Positions 29,804 through 42,600 of a DNA stretch of 64,000 bases are shown here, piece after piece. The stretch spans positions 248,001 through 312,000 of the forward strand of contig OW569389.1 in NCBI GenBank assembly GCA_937625935.1, written 5' to 3'. Numbering within the stretch: the stretch's first letter is position 1; each line of letters starts with the position of its first letter. The position numbers and the translations under genes are program-made. Source of the stretch: Tetramitus jugosus (Eukaryota; Protista; Heterolobosea). Below the pieces are notes generated by a model. That model did no database searches and was not told the origin of the DNA. It saw nothing but the letters and a program-made list of their open reading frames with translations.

Positions 29804-32800
29804 ATGGACGCCACCGACATCAACATGACTGTGGGCACCAAAAAGAGAACAAGACTCATCGATCTCAACGAAGACTACACGAGCTCTTCCGACGACGACG
29901 ACGACGATAACAATGATGACTCGCACAACATGATCGAACAACATGATTACACACTACCTCAACAACAATCATCAACATCAACATCATCATCAGATATGAC
30001 TGCTACTGATCATGATGATCAACTATCACCACCACCCACCAAATTCGCAAAGCTTTTTCATCATCATGACACACCAACAACATCACCTACATCATCATCT
30101 ATAACAACAACAACACCAACAACAACATCATCTATAGCAACAATCATGACAACAACAAGAACAAAAATATTACCGTCTGATTTTCCCATACATCTCCTCA
30201 TTCAAATATTTTCCTTTCTCAATTATCGTCATCTAGTGCATGATGTGAGTCTTGTTTGTCAAGAGTGGAATCATGTGAGTTCATTGGATGATTGTTGGAC
30301 TGGAATCTTCTTGTCCAAGAGTCATTTGACTGATGTCATTGCACGCAATTCTGCTGGATTCCACATCAAGTTCAAAGACTCCACTCACAACAACAACAAT
30401 CATCATCATCATCATTCAACAACAGCAACATCAACATCAATAGAAATTTTGAACGACATCAATAAGACGGAGAGTGAACAATCATCATCATCATCATCAA
30501 CAACAACAAATGATGATGATGAAACATCAAGTATAATCACAGCTGAAGAAGATGACAAAAAAATGGAAACGCAAAAAGGTAATGATGCAAATGATGCAAT
30601 TGATGTGATTGATGTGGATATCGATATCGAAGTGAATGATGATGACACAGAGGAAGTAACAGCAGAGCAAGTAGTGTTGGAAGAAATGATAAGTGAACCC
30701 AGGTGGAATCCAATTGTGTTACGCATGACGACTCTGCCTTTTGAGACCATTCACACTGCTACTGCTGACAATGATTCTACAGAAATTTTTTGTAGTGAGA
30801 GTCGACCTGTTGATAAATTGTGTGCTGCTGCTGATGATGACGATGAATCGAAAAAGGAGGAAGCACCGTCAGCAAATGATGATTCTGTCAGAGGTGGAGC
30901 AACGAAGAAGAACGAGCGATCAAAGAATAAACAAAAGGTGTTTTATCCAAGGCAACAACGAGTGAATCGTAGTTTACAGGTGAAGGATTTGGAAACGGAT
31001 TGGTGGGAATATGAGAATGACCATTTGTTTGAGAAGGATGATGACATTTTGGAGTTTGTTTTGAAAATGATCTCGGAGCAGACTGGTGGCAGCAGTAGCA
31101 GTAACAGGAGGAACAGAAACAACAAGCAAGACAAGGACAACAAGAGGGAAGAGAAGGAGAAGCAGATTGAGAAGGAAAATCAAGAAGTGACTTGTTTTGG
31201 AATGAAGGGATCAGCTCCGTTGTGTCTCGGCACAATCGAGGATCAATTCGAGTTGATCGAGGAGTCGTATACAGCAGATGCATTCAAACAAGTAGTTAAC
31301 AAGAGTTTGGGAGTTCCGTTAGAGCAAATGACGGATGTGGTGGACTATCCGTACACACTCAAGGATCGTTGCATGGAAGAAAGACACAAGACAATTGTGT
31401 ACTTTGCAACAATGGCTCCAGCAGAAAAGATTGAGCGCTTGGTAGAGAAGAAGGTCAATAAGCAAGATGACGCACTCATGGAACGAGTGAGAGAGCGGGT
31501 ACTACAACGGCAACAAGCGTCATTGAAAACTAAGAAACAACAAGTGCAAACAACCACGACTACCACCACTTCTTCGTCCGTCGCTACCTCCATGATACCG
31601 CTTGATGAGAATGATGATGCTGATAAGGATCAATGGAAATTAGGAATCAACGCGGGTATTCAAATGTTAACACGGAGGGCAGGTATAAAGTCCATGGATC
31701 CTGATGCCATTTGCATGGCTGAAGATCTATTGAGAGATTTTTTGAAGCGAGTGATTTCTCGTGCATCGGAACGCTTAGGAGAGGGTGAACTACCATACAC
31801 GAGCACAAAATACAGTGGACTTTGGCCATATAATTTCGATCCTTCCAGAAAATTAAAATCCCACGAAGAAAGAGATGAGGATGACGCTGAATTGAAAGTA
31901 CAACCAGAGGACATTTACTTGGCAGTTGAGCATGAGATTGGAAAAAAGCTGTACGGCTATGCACCGTTGCGCATCTTTGAGCCTTTCTCCACGAGCAATC
32001 GAAAGATCAAGCTCCTGCCTGAACTCGAAGAGAAGGAAGAGTCGGATACGCTGCAAACAGCACAAGACACTATCACATCGATTATCAATGAACAACTGTG
32101 GGATTTTGATGTGATTGAAGAACAGGATTCCGTCCGAGATATCAGTCTAGATGATGACGATGAAGAAGAGATGGACGATTTTATTGATGATTCGGAAGTC
32201 GCGTCCTATTGGTCTGCCGATGGTTTTGATCCATCAAAGCTGGGAGATAGCTTGCAGGACAAACTCTTGCTTGCCTCCATTCGTGCTCATGAAGAAGTGT
32301 ATGGCGCAGAGAGAGCACACAAAGAGAAGTTGTACTTGACTAATTGGTTTGGTTGCGGTCCATCCTTCTTCAATCTCACATCGTTCAATCCAAAGTCTTT
32401 CTACCACGATGACGTCAGTTATGTTGGAAAGACAGAAGAAGAGATTATAGCGTATGATAAGTGGGAGGATATTGAATATTATGGAAATTCCGAATTGCTC
32501 CCTGAGGAGGATGAGGAGGAAGGAGAGGTTGATGGAGCTGATTATCATCTGCGAAGACTGATCAGACAAGAGACCTTGGCTGTTCTCAATGACTTCCTCG
32601 GCCACAAGATTGAGAAGAAGATTGTTCCTTCTGAGACAACGGCAGCGCCTCAAGAAGATGCTTCAGATACTGAGTCTGACATGTTGGACATTGAGCTTTG
32701 GGATGAGTCTGAGTCAGATGAAGAAGACACGGAGAACATTAGGAGGAATTCAACACGAGCTCAACAAGCTGAAAGTTCAGTTAGTGTCAGTGCGTCTGAG

Positions 32801-32887
32801 GAAGCCGCACTCACCACCACGAACCAATTGCCCGAGTTGGCAAGCAATGCAGAGGTGAAGAATGAGACAAACGAAGAGATTAAATAA
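29804..32887 (+). CDS. Acidic F-box protein containing a histone H4-like fold
   Basis: F-box SDFPIHLLIQIFSFLNYRHLVHDVSLVCQEWNHV; H4-like segment at 31637-31960; poly-D/T/S/H tracts. First ATG (MDATDIN) at 29804. Confidence 0.85.
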   Translation: MDATDINMTVGTKKRTRLIDLNEDYTSSSDDDDDDNNDDSHNMIEQHDYTLPQQQSSTSTSSSDMTATDHDDQLSPPPTKFAKLFHHHDTPTTSPTSSSITTTTPTTTSSIATIMTTTRTKILPSDFPIHLLIQIFSFLNYRHLVHDVSLVCQEWNHVSSLDDCWTGIFLSKSHLTDVIARNSAGFHIKFKDSTHNNNNHHHHHSTTATSTSIEILNDINKTESEQSSSSSSTTTNDDDETSSIITAEEDDKKMETQKGNDANDAIDVIDVDIDIEVNDDDTEEVTAEQVVLEEMISEPRWNPIVLRMTTLPFETIHTATADNDSTEIFCSESRPVDKLCAAADDDDESKKEEAPSANDDSVRGGATKKNERSKNKQKVFYPRQQRVNRSLQVKDLETDWWEYENDHLFEKDDDILEFVLKMISEQTGGSSSSNRRNRNNKQDKDNKREEKEKQIEKENQEVTCFGMKGSAPLCLGTIEDQFELIEESYTADAFKQVVNKSLGVPLEQMTDVVDYPYTLKDRCMEERHKTIVYFATMAPAEKIERLVEKKVNKQDDALMERVRERVLQRQQASLKTKKQQVQTTTTTTTSSSVATSMIPLDENDDADKDQWKLGINAGIQMLTRRAGIKSMDPDAICMAEDLLRDFLKRVISRASERLGEGELPYTSTKYSGLWPYNFDPSRKLKSHEERDEDDAELKVQPEDIYLAVEHEIGKKLYGYAPLRIFEPFSTSNRKIKLLPELEEKEESDTLQTAQDTITSIINEQLWDFDVIEEQDSVRDISLDDDDEEEMDDFIDDSEVASYWSADGFDPSKLGDSLQDKLLLASIRAHEEVYGAERAHKEKLYLTNWFGCGPSFFNLTSFNPKSFYHDDVSYVGKTEEEIIAYDKWEDIEYYGNSELLPEEDEEEGEVDGADYHLRRLIRQETLAVLNDFLGHKIEKKIVPSETTAAPQEDASDTESDMLDIELWDESESDEEDTENIRRNSTRAQQAESSVSVSASEEAALTTTNQLPELASNAEVKNETNEEIK

Positions 32888-32900
32888 ATAATAATTTAAT
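32808..32900 (+). repeat. Direct repeat copy 1 (last codons plus AT-rich 3' signal of the F-box/H4 gene)
   Basis: Matches 33508-33603 with 4 substitutions and one 3-nt indel. Confidence 0.95.
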
Positions 32901-33507
32901 TTAAACCAACGCGAAGTCTTGACTGCCTCGAACGATGTTAGCGAAACTTGAAGTTAAAATGTGCGAGAATATTAATGAGTGTTGGTACCACCACTCAAGG
33001 GGAGAAACCATGGATGGATCCGATTAGTGGTTTGTGACTGGACATGATCCTGCTTCGAGGCTCAAAAAATTCCATACACCCATGGACCACGATGATGACT
33101 CGTACAATCACACTCTGCCTGTGACATTCGAGGAGCCTGCAACTACCTCTCAAGACAAGGAAGAGTGACTGATGACAAATGTAGACCGTGTGATGACACC
33201 GCTCCGTTCTGGTTGTTCCACTTGACTGGCGCGTCGATGTCCCCGATGGTAGGCGACTACAAGAACAAACTTAAAGAATCATCTGCAAATTCATCCTGGC
33301 CATGTAAGATTCATCTTGGACTGTTTGTCTGGTTTGTTCAATCTGGTTTAACTGTATTGAAGAGCTGATAAGTGGTTTTGAACTAGCCATGTATGCCTTC
33401 GACAATCTACCAACACTCTCTTCACCGTTGGAGAATTCAAGTGCCACCCAGGTTGTTCTTGATGTGAATTTTTCCTCGCAGTTGGTCCCAATAAGGCTCG
33501 TGCCACA

Positions 33508-33603
33508 CACTCACCACCACGAACCAATTGCCCGAGTTTTCAAGCAATGCAGAAGCGAAGAATGATGAGACAAACGAAGAGATTAAATAAATAATAATTT
33601 AAT
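33508..33603 (+). repeat. Direct repeat copy 2
   Basis: cactcaccaccacgaaccaattgcccgagtt..caaacgaagagattaaataaataataatttaat, as at 32808-32900. Confidence 0.95.
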
Positions 33604-33608
33604 GATAA

Positions 33609-36600
33609 TTAGGTCGTAAGTGATCTGTTGTTTAGATCGTGATTCAACACGACAATTCTTCCATCTTCTAGACCAACAAAGAGACAGGATCCATCGTCCG
33701 TTACACACAAGCTTCGAATCTTACCAATGTGTCGACCGTGTGTTTCTCGTAAGTCGTATGTCTTGACAACTTGCAAATCGCTCAACCGAATGATGTAAAC
33801 AACTCCAGACTCACCACCAGCCAATATGTATGTGCAATCCCAGGTGATCATCGTGTAGAGCAGTTCTCCTTCAGTCGACAGTTCAGCAACCTTCTCTCCA
33901 TTGACATTGAACATGTAAATCACGTTATCGATAGGGGAATACATGATAATGTGTCCCACCAAGATGCTCTGATAACCTCTGGAGAATGGCATCAGATTAG
34001 GATTGACTTTTCCTGCGATCGTAAATGATTGCTCGACGTTTGCAATCGCAACCAAACTAACAGGGTGTCCCCTTGGATGCTTAATTGTTCTAATGTATGC
34101 TCCCTTGCGAAGGCTATGGACAATGCATGTTCCATCTCTACTACCACTCAACACCATGTCCAAGTCACTATCAGCTGCGATGCAAGTCACAGAATCATCG
34201 TGACCATAGAGAATATGACTCTGTGTTGGGTGTTGGGCATCATGTATATTCCAAACAATGACCGTTGTATCCCTGCTACCAGTCACCAGAATTTCATCTT
34301 TCTCACAAATTGTGCAACATGTGACCTTATCTTTGTGTCTTCTCATTGCTGTTTGAGGACAGAGAGACACCTTGATGGCAGACAAGGGATTTGGAGCAAA
34401 AGGCTTGGAGTATCGAACAGAGTGATCCCAGTGATAGCACGAGAACACAGACAAATCAGTCTCCTTGTTAACAATGGCTGGAACAGCGAAACATTGACTA
34501 TTCAACAATAGTGCATAGGTATCAGCTCCAAGCAATGCTGGATCATCACACTTGGTGTTTACACTCTTTGTCTTCTTTGATGGGAGCAACAATGGAAAAC
34601 CAACACTCTTGCAGTTTTGTGGGTTCAGGAAAAGTGGATCCGAGAGGAGTGATTGCACTGATTGAGTTGTAGGGAGGAGTAGTGGGGAGTTGGCTTGATA
34701 TGGAATCTTGCTCACATGCACAAGACCATCTTGTGCAATCACACACAATCTAGGGTTATTGCTGCTTGAATTTTGAAGCAATTTGATATATACAATGGGT
34801 GATCGGTTGGGTGATACCTGCTTTGGTGGTTGTATTTGTAAATCAACCAGAGGATCCGACATACTCATGTTTATGGCTGATGCATGATCCATGTTTGATT
34901 GATCCAATAGTGAGAGAGTTGACATGACTCTTGGTAGGTGAGTTGTTGCGGTTCGCTCCATTCGTTTTGGGTGAGGTTTCGTGAATAGCACACTGGGAGT
35001 TTGTCCAAAGTTCTCAATCTGGGCAATAATTGCTCTCTTCATCTCGGGTTCTTCAATCTTATCAATGTCCGCTGATCCTTCATACGTAAGATGATAGAAA
35101 ACATTCAAAGCTTTCACAGCTTCCTCTCCTTGTTGCTTGTATCCAAATATTAAATCAATCCAATGATGCAAGCGCTGACTGATGTAATCACTTTCGAGAG
35201 CAGCACGATTAATTTTGATGAATTCTTCAATACTGCTTGCCCAAGGTGGTAGAATTGCATCACCTAGAGAAACACCATTCTGACGAGTACCAAGGTCAAC
35301 ATTATTGTGAACGCGAAGGAAGTCTCCATTGTAATAAAACTCTGGGATCAACTCTTTGAAATCACTCGAATGAAGTAGATTCTCAAACGTTTGAGCAACG
35401 GAGCCGAACATTCGATCGGGAAGATCAAATTTACCTCCTTGAAGAATACGGAAGTAGGTTGTATAGGGTTCTATACGCACCAAGAAGTACACAACGATAC
35501 CAGCCGATGAGTAATGACTGCCATAATGGAATGGAGGAATGTCAGGTCCTAGACTCGTCTGATATCTCATCTGCAATGATTCATGCCTGGTCTCATTGAG
35601 AGCTCCAACTGGCAAGGTCATATCTCTGTATATACTCGGATCGTCCAAATCCAATGTTTGACTGGTGTAGTCCCTAATGACCCATGGGAAGATTGGATAT
35701 TGAGATAGGTCATTGTATGTTCGACCTGCATGCATGTTGAGCAGCATTAGATAATCAAAGTTTGATATCTGACCTTTGACCCACATTTTGGTAATGTTGG
35801 TTCTGGATACGTTGTCTGCTGGAGAGGAGATAGCGTTCGCATAGACAAGTTTTGGAGGCTTTAGCTGCAGAATTTTCTTGTAGAGTATGTTTCTATCCTT
35901 CTTCTCAAAATTGAGAAGTAGGGATGTTTGGTCAGTCAAAAATATCTCGATTGCACTACTTTGCAGTCTATATCTTCTCAAATGCATTTCCTGAAGAGTA
36001 TCTAACTTCCAAACTTTGTCTTTTGGTTTCTTTGTTAACTTTCTTGTCTCATCATTGGCACCAAACACAAAGCACTTATTCTCCTTGTCTCCGAACCACA
36101 TCAATCTTGCTGTTGTAAATTCTAATTTGCCACTAAATGCCTGCATGGGAGTAATGAGCTCACAGTACACAACCATTATTGTTTTTTCTTGTGCAAATTG
36201 ATTTTCATCCTCCATGACAATCTTTTCATCTTCTTTTTCGTCCTCAATTGTCTCTGGTTGATCCTCATCTTTCACAATCGCTAGCTTTGGAATTTTGAAT
36301 GCGCCTAATTGACCCTTGATTTGTAATAGATTGTTCATGAGCACTTCGCTGGACAATTGATCAGATGCTTCAGGTTCACTGGATTGTGAATTGCAAGGCG
36401 AATGATGTCCTCGATGCTTATCTAAGTAGTGTGCAGCGCCAGAGTGATCAACGGTAGAGTAATCCCGTTTCAATCTCAATCTTATCTTTCGACTCGTGAG
36501 AGTTTTATCGAGCTTCCATTTCACTGGTGAATTATCATTGTTTTTACCCCATGGTCCTCTTTGATCAGCGACATCTTGAATGGTACGTTTCCATAGACGA

Positions 36601-39600
36601 GAACCGATTACATCATATTCGTCATACTTCTGTCTCTGATTCAGAGAACGTTGATGCTCAGTTGTGCGGATTTGAGTAATTTTGTTCTCAAAAACTTTCA
36701 TTTGTGCGTCAAAGAATTCATGAATATTGTTCTCTGCCTGAGTCACATCCGTGTACAGTCGAGAAAACACTACCTGTCTTCTTCGCAATAGTGGCGTCAA
36801 GAACAAGGCTTCTTCCTCCTCTACTTTACGCACTGCCGCTTGGAAGTAATTTTTCCAAGCGTGGTTCCATAATCGATCTTTCATCAACTCTCGGTAATCA
36901 TCAAGATCATTCTTACTTGGAGAGCTGAAAAGGAAACAACTTTGTTTCAAAATTGGTTTTCTATCATCAGTTGTCAACAATTTGGACTCAAGAAGCTTCT
37001 TACGGGTCACGAACAAGTCTTTGATGCAGTTAATAACCAGATGGGCTTCTTCTGAGCTGTCGATATCGAGACACTTCCCTAGTGCATCAAATAAGAACGC
37101 GAGCATATACAACAATCGAGTAGTGAAATCGTCAACCTCCTCCAGATCACCTGTGACGGCCCACAACTCTGAGAATTTTTGAATTTCCTTCTCATTTTCC
37201 ATATCTCTCTTGTTAATCATTCGAATAGTGTCTAAGTGGTTCATTTGAATTGATTCAGATTCACGCAAGGCATACCTGATCAATCTTAATGTAAGACGAA
37301 GAGAACCACCAACGCGAAGCCTTTGACTGCCTTGAACAATGTTGCCGAGGCGATTGAAGTTAGCAATACTTGCCAAGTTAAATTGTTTGAGAATATTAAT
37401 CAACTTTTGGATGATTGGTAGATCCAGCCATTGTCTTGTGGCATAATCTCTTCGTTGATTAATTTCATTCTCGACGTCATAGATCTTTGAGGGTGAACTT
37501 GATTTTCTTTGAATCCTCTTTTGTGAGTCCATCCTAACAAGTTCGTTTGTTTTGGGAGGAGAAGAAGAAGGACTAGCGCTTCGTTGCTTTGCGTCAAGCG
37601 TTGGAGTACTGGGTGTAACTTCTGAATTGTAATCAGGGAACATAAGTTCTGATTTACCTGTCGAAACAACACTTCGTGGCGAATTGGGTTCAGATATTGG
37701 TGTTGTAACTGTTGACTCACCTCGACCTACAATGCCCTTAAACACTCCAAGCGGATTAGCAACCAATGATGTTGATGATGACGACGGTGCTTCAGCACGT
37801 CGCATCCAGGTCACATTTTTCAATTGCGTATTGACGGTGTAGTTATAAAATAGCGCTTCCTCCGCAAATGTAGCAAAGTGCAATAAGTTTTCAAGCACTG
37901 GGGAGTTCTTATCATTAAAGTTAACACAGACCGTCTTTCTGGTAATTGAATTCTGGTAATGATCAAGAATGCGAGAAATGATAGCACTCGTAACACCACG
38001 AGAGTCGAGAAGCTTCTTTTTTTCCTCGTAAAAGAACAAATGTCCCATCGTTTCTTCCACGTGTCTCCAACCTTGTTTGATCTCAGTCAAAGCAGTGAAC
38101 AGGACCAAACCCAGAATGTCAATCAAAATTTCACAACATTTGGAGAGAATCTTATTCTTCGTATCCATGGTTAAGACATCTGGTTCGTCCTCTTCGTATT
38201 CTGCTTGTTTCTGCATCAACAGAGAGCCATCATCAACAATGAGGTCGAGCAGCCAAGGCTGCCAAAGCTTCATACTCAGCAAGACATGTTGAATCTCTGA
38301 TATTTCAAAGTAGGCCTTAAGATCTTGCAATAGTATGACTCGGATGTCCAGAGCTGCATGCATCATTAGTTTGAAAATAGAACATAGAACAGTCGGAAGT
38401 TCGAAGCGCGTATTGGAAGATAGAGTCATCTTTTTGTCGGTGCTGTGTTGAAGAGCACTAGTCAACGGACCTTGATCCGTTAGGAATATTCTCCCTAAGA
38501 ATACATCTCGCATCACTCTGTACACATTCTCTGTGAACCAGTATCGACTCAAGATGGATGTTGCCACAGCAAATCCAGTTGCATTCTCAGCACCCGTTTT
38601 CTTTCGCAGTGCAGGGTTCAGACACAACAACCTTCCGATGCATTTCAATCCTAAAATTCTCACTTGTTCGCTAGGGGCAACATAAAGTAGTTGCAAGAAT
38701 ACTTCATATGCACCCAATGTGCCCATATCTTCTGCGATTGTAGGACCTTGATTCGACAAGAGAATTTCTAAAACAAATTGTGTCATATCAATCAGTTGTG
38801 GAACATCCTTACAATCAGCCAAGAAGTGCAGGAGTGCTTGAAGTTCTTCAGCAGACATGCGATCCAAAACCAGTGTTTGCTGCGAGCTGTCATCTGCAGG
38901 AGAGCTCACAGAGGAAGGTTTTTTCTTCGTTCTATTATCATCTGTGTTGCTACTCTTAATCATGGTCTTAAGCAAACGCAACAGGAATGTACGAATCTCT
39001 CCAACTTGCACAGGAGAGGGTCGCTCTCCAAGAACAGCCCCAGTGATTGGATTGATGATCTTTTCTGCACCCAGTATCAAATCGAGTTCTTTCTTATCAA
39101 ACCAATAGTACCATCTTAAGATATCAACTATCTTTTGAACGCCAATGACTGCTCTGAATCGACTACGATTACTCACTCCGTCGAATGCTTCGCCCAATAA
39201 TGCATCCTTGTCCCAATCTTCTGCTTCCTGAATGAGCTGCATAAAGAACTTCTTTTGGATATCTGGTTTGGTGTAAATCCACAATCGCATATCGTACAGA
39301 ATATACAACATAGTTTCAGCGTACAACGTTTCATGCTCTCTCACTCGGTGCAACAACTTTGGAATCATACTAATCGTTTGATCAGTGAGATGTGTGGGTG
39401 AAATTCGCTTCAATAAGAAGCCAATCACTTGGAAACCGTGTCCACGAGCCATATCCTCTTGATTATCATGACTGTCCTTCAATAGATGAAGCAACAATTC
39501 AATCAATGAGTTCACCAAATTGGTTCCTCTCTGATTCTTGCTGACTGCTGTAGCCATTGCTCCTTCCTCTGACGACAACGATAGCTCATCAATTTGGAGA

Positions 39601-42600
39601 AAGAGAGGGAACAAAATTTTCAGACCTCCCAAACAACTGATAATATCACTAATGTTATGTGTGACACATAACTGCGTGCCTGATGATAGTTTCGCTGGGT
39701 GTGAGGCTATGAAGAGTGCATCTGGCCCATCAGTCAAAACATTTTGAGGATCCACCAGAGAATGCTGCACATATTGCTGATAATAGAAAGAAATGGGAAT
39801 ATTGTTCACTACCACTCTGGAGTGTTCGTGTTGGGCACTAGGACTATAACAGAAGATTATCTTTTGCGATAGTGATCCGTCAAAAAGAGTAGTCTCATCA
39901 ACGTCTTCTCTGTCTCTACCCAAACTATTCTCCTTCAATAATCGTCTGTCGGTTGGATGGAAACTACTACCATAATTTGGTCCTAGTAAATACAATCCCC
40001 ATATCACTGACTGCGATAGAGCATCAGAAAATAGGTAAATCGAAGCCATTTGTCCTTGATGCATAAAATGCCGACTATCAACAGCTCCACCGCATCGGGA
40101 GCCAATCATGCACTTCAACAATGGACTATGAGTGTTGTTGGCAAGTTTCAAAGGAACACGTCTGAAACATCTACCGTCAATATAGAGCTGTATTTCACTC
40201 TTGGATGAGAATGGAAAACCTCCCTTGCCGGCTGAGTGAACTAGAGATATGAAGTACCACTTTTTCGTCTCGAATCTGTAATCAAATGTGACGACATTCT
40301 TACCGACGGCCACTCGCAAAAGTTGTTTCTCGAAGTATACTTCAACGCCACAATTATCGTCTCCAATTAAGCTAATAATGCGCGGAGAGTGTCTTCCATC
40401 GAATGTTTCGACTTGAATCCAAAAAGAGAATGTGTATCCGTTCCTGGCAGTACTGAAAATTCTTGAATCCATTTTTGGTAACAACATGCCCGAGTTCTTA
40501 CCATCAAAATCGAAGAAGGACTCTGGCTCACCTGTCGTCATATTGTGCAGAGACTGCAGCAAAAGTGACAAAAGTCGAACATTTTGGACTCGTTCTGAAC
40601 GATCCTTAATCAGTGAGAAGAACGTTTTGAGCTCCGCAACCGTAATACTGTGCTTACCTAACTCCTCTATCAGGTCAATGATCAAGTTGAGAATGCCAGT
40701 GTGCTTTTTGAAACTCTTTCTAGTTGTTTCGGCATCCACAAAATATTTAGGTTGATCATAATGTGGCAGCAACTCGAGCAGAACTGATACAAGATGAGCT
40801 GAACAACACACATTTCTGTTGTGTGTAGACTTTTGTACGAGAGTGATGAACTTGGTCAAAAAGGAATGTACAAAAGTGTCAGGACAATTCTTACACAATT
40901 GAAACATTACTCTCACGATACCATAGTTTGCAATCCTGAATCTTGTGTTCATGTCAAACTTTCCATCCACAAGCATATTGAATAACTCATCATACAATTC
41001 GCTTGTGGGCTTATTGTCTTCACACTGAAGAATCAAGTCACGAAGAGCATCGTAACCCACACTCTCTTGCAAAAATTTCTTCGACTTGTTGTTCTCTAAT
41101 ACAAGAGATGTGAGCGTCTTAATCACTTGAATGCACAGATCATGCTGTGTTACCGTTGTAGTCTTGGTGCAAATCTGAAAGTTCAACATAAATATGAAGC
41201 TATCTAACTTGGATCGCATTTGAGACTGCAGCAATTTTCGATTCGGTCCTTCAAAAACTTCTTGAACTACCACTAGAGTTCTCATTAGCAATTGAATGCT
41301 ATCATCGGTAGCATCAGTAACCATTCTGGGGAAAACATCAATAATCTTCGCCAGAATATTCTCGAAATTGCGAGCATCATCCACCTGTGAGTTTAATAAT
41401 CTCCGAACATGGTTCAGAACAAAATCACTCAGAGAGGAATCAAATATGCACGTGAACAAGCACTTTAGCACATTCTCATCGTACACAACCATTGACTCAT
41501 TTGCTTCATTGCATATCTGAATATCAAAGAGATGAAGAAGAGTATTTCTCGCTGATAAAGCTTTCATATGAGATGGATTTAATGCCATCGCAGTACCAAT
41601 CTCTGCATCGAGAACATAGTCAATGGATGATCTAGGTTTTTTCTGCTGCTCAATCAGAGTAATCTTGGTTTGAAGCGCGGCAAGAACATGAGATATGATT
41701 GATAGCTCGGCCATGTTGAACGCCATCCGCGTAATCTCCATTTGGTGATAACATATATCGAGCAAACAAGCACCAATCTCATTTAACACCACTGGTTGAG
41801 ATGAATATTCATGAAGAATTTCGGTCAGCTTTCTCACTTCCTTCACGTTTGATGAGCCTCTCGTAGCAACATATTTGAAGAACGATATCACAGAATCTCG
41901 CAGAATAACCGCAGTTAACTTTTGCAAAGATGAGCTTTCACTATATAAATTGTCATCTTCGAGCGTTGGACTCTTGTCATTCTTCATCGGAAATTGGAAG
42001 AAATAGAAATATTCACTGAACAGAATATCGTATAGTCCATGCTCAATAAATGGTTCCAGCACGTGAGGTGTACTAGAGACAGCCAAAAATATTTTGTCCA
42101 AAAAGTAGAACTGAAAATCAGATAATTTTCTAAAAATAATGGTTTGGGGTTAGAAAATGACGAATGTCTAGAGATAAAGGGCTCAAAATCAACTTACTTC
42201 AACTTCTTTTTGGCATCTGAATCATATTCCCGCCAAAAATTAAATATTAGATTAATGAAATCGTCTGTTCCACCTTCGACTGCCAGAAAATCAGTCACAA
42301 GTGTCCAATAGTACAAATACTTTTCGTTTGTGGTTTTTCGAATGAATCCTGGGCATGGGTAATGCTCTGGACTCAGATCCGACACATGATTTGCTGCTGG
42401 AGGCCTGCTATACCACTCACCTTGCTGATTTGGATTATCAAGACTCCGAACCTTCAAGAACACGTTTGGTATCGAATTTTCTCGCAGTGTGGCACTAATG
42501 GTCTCTGATTCCGTATTCTTCCAATTGTGGAAAAACACACTGACCCATAATCCCATCTCCTCCATCCGTTCCAAGAAACCACTCTTGTACAGTGAGTGAA

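Noticed and set aside
33771-41520. Numerous 60-190 aa antisense or alternate-frame ORFs in the ORF track
   Set aside because: They overlap long conserved genes, mostly start at non-ATG codons, and show no recognisable motifs.
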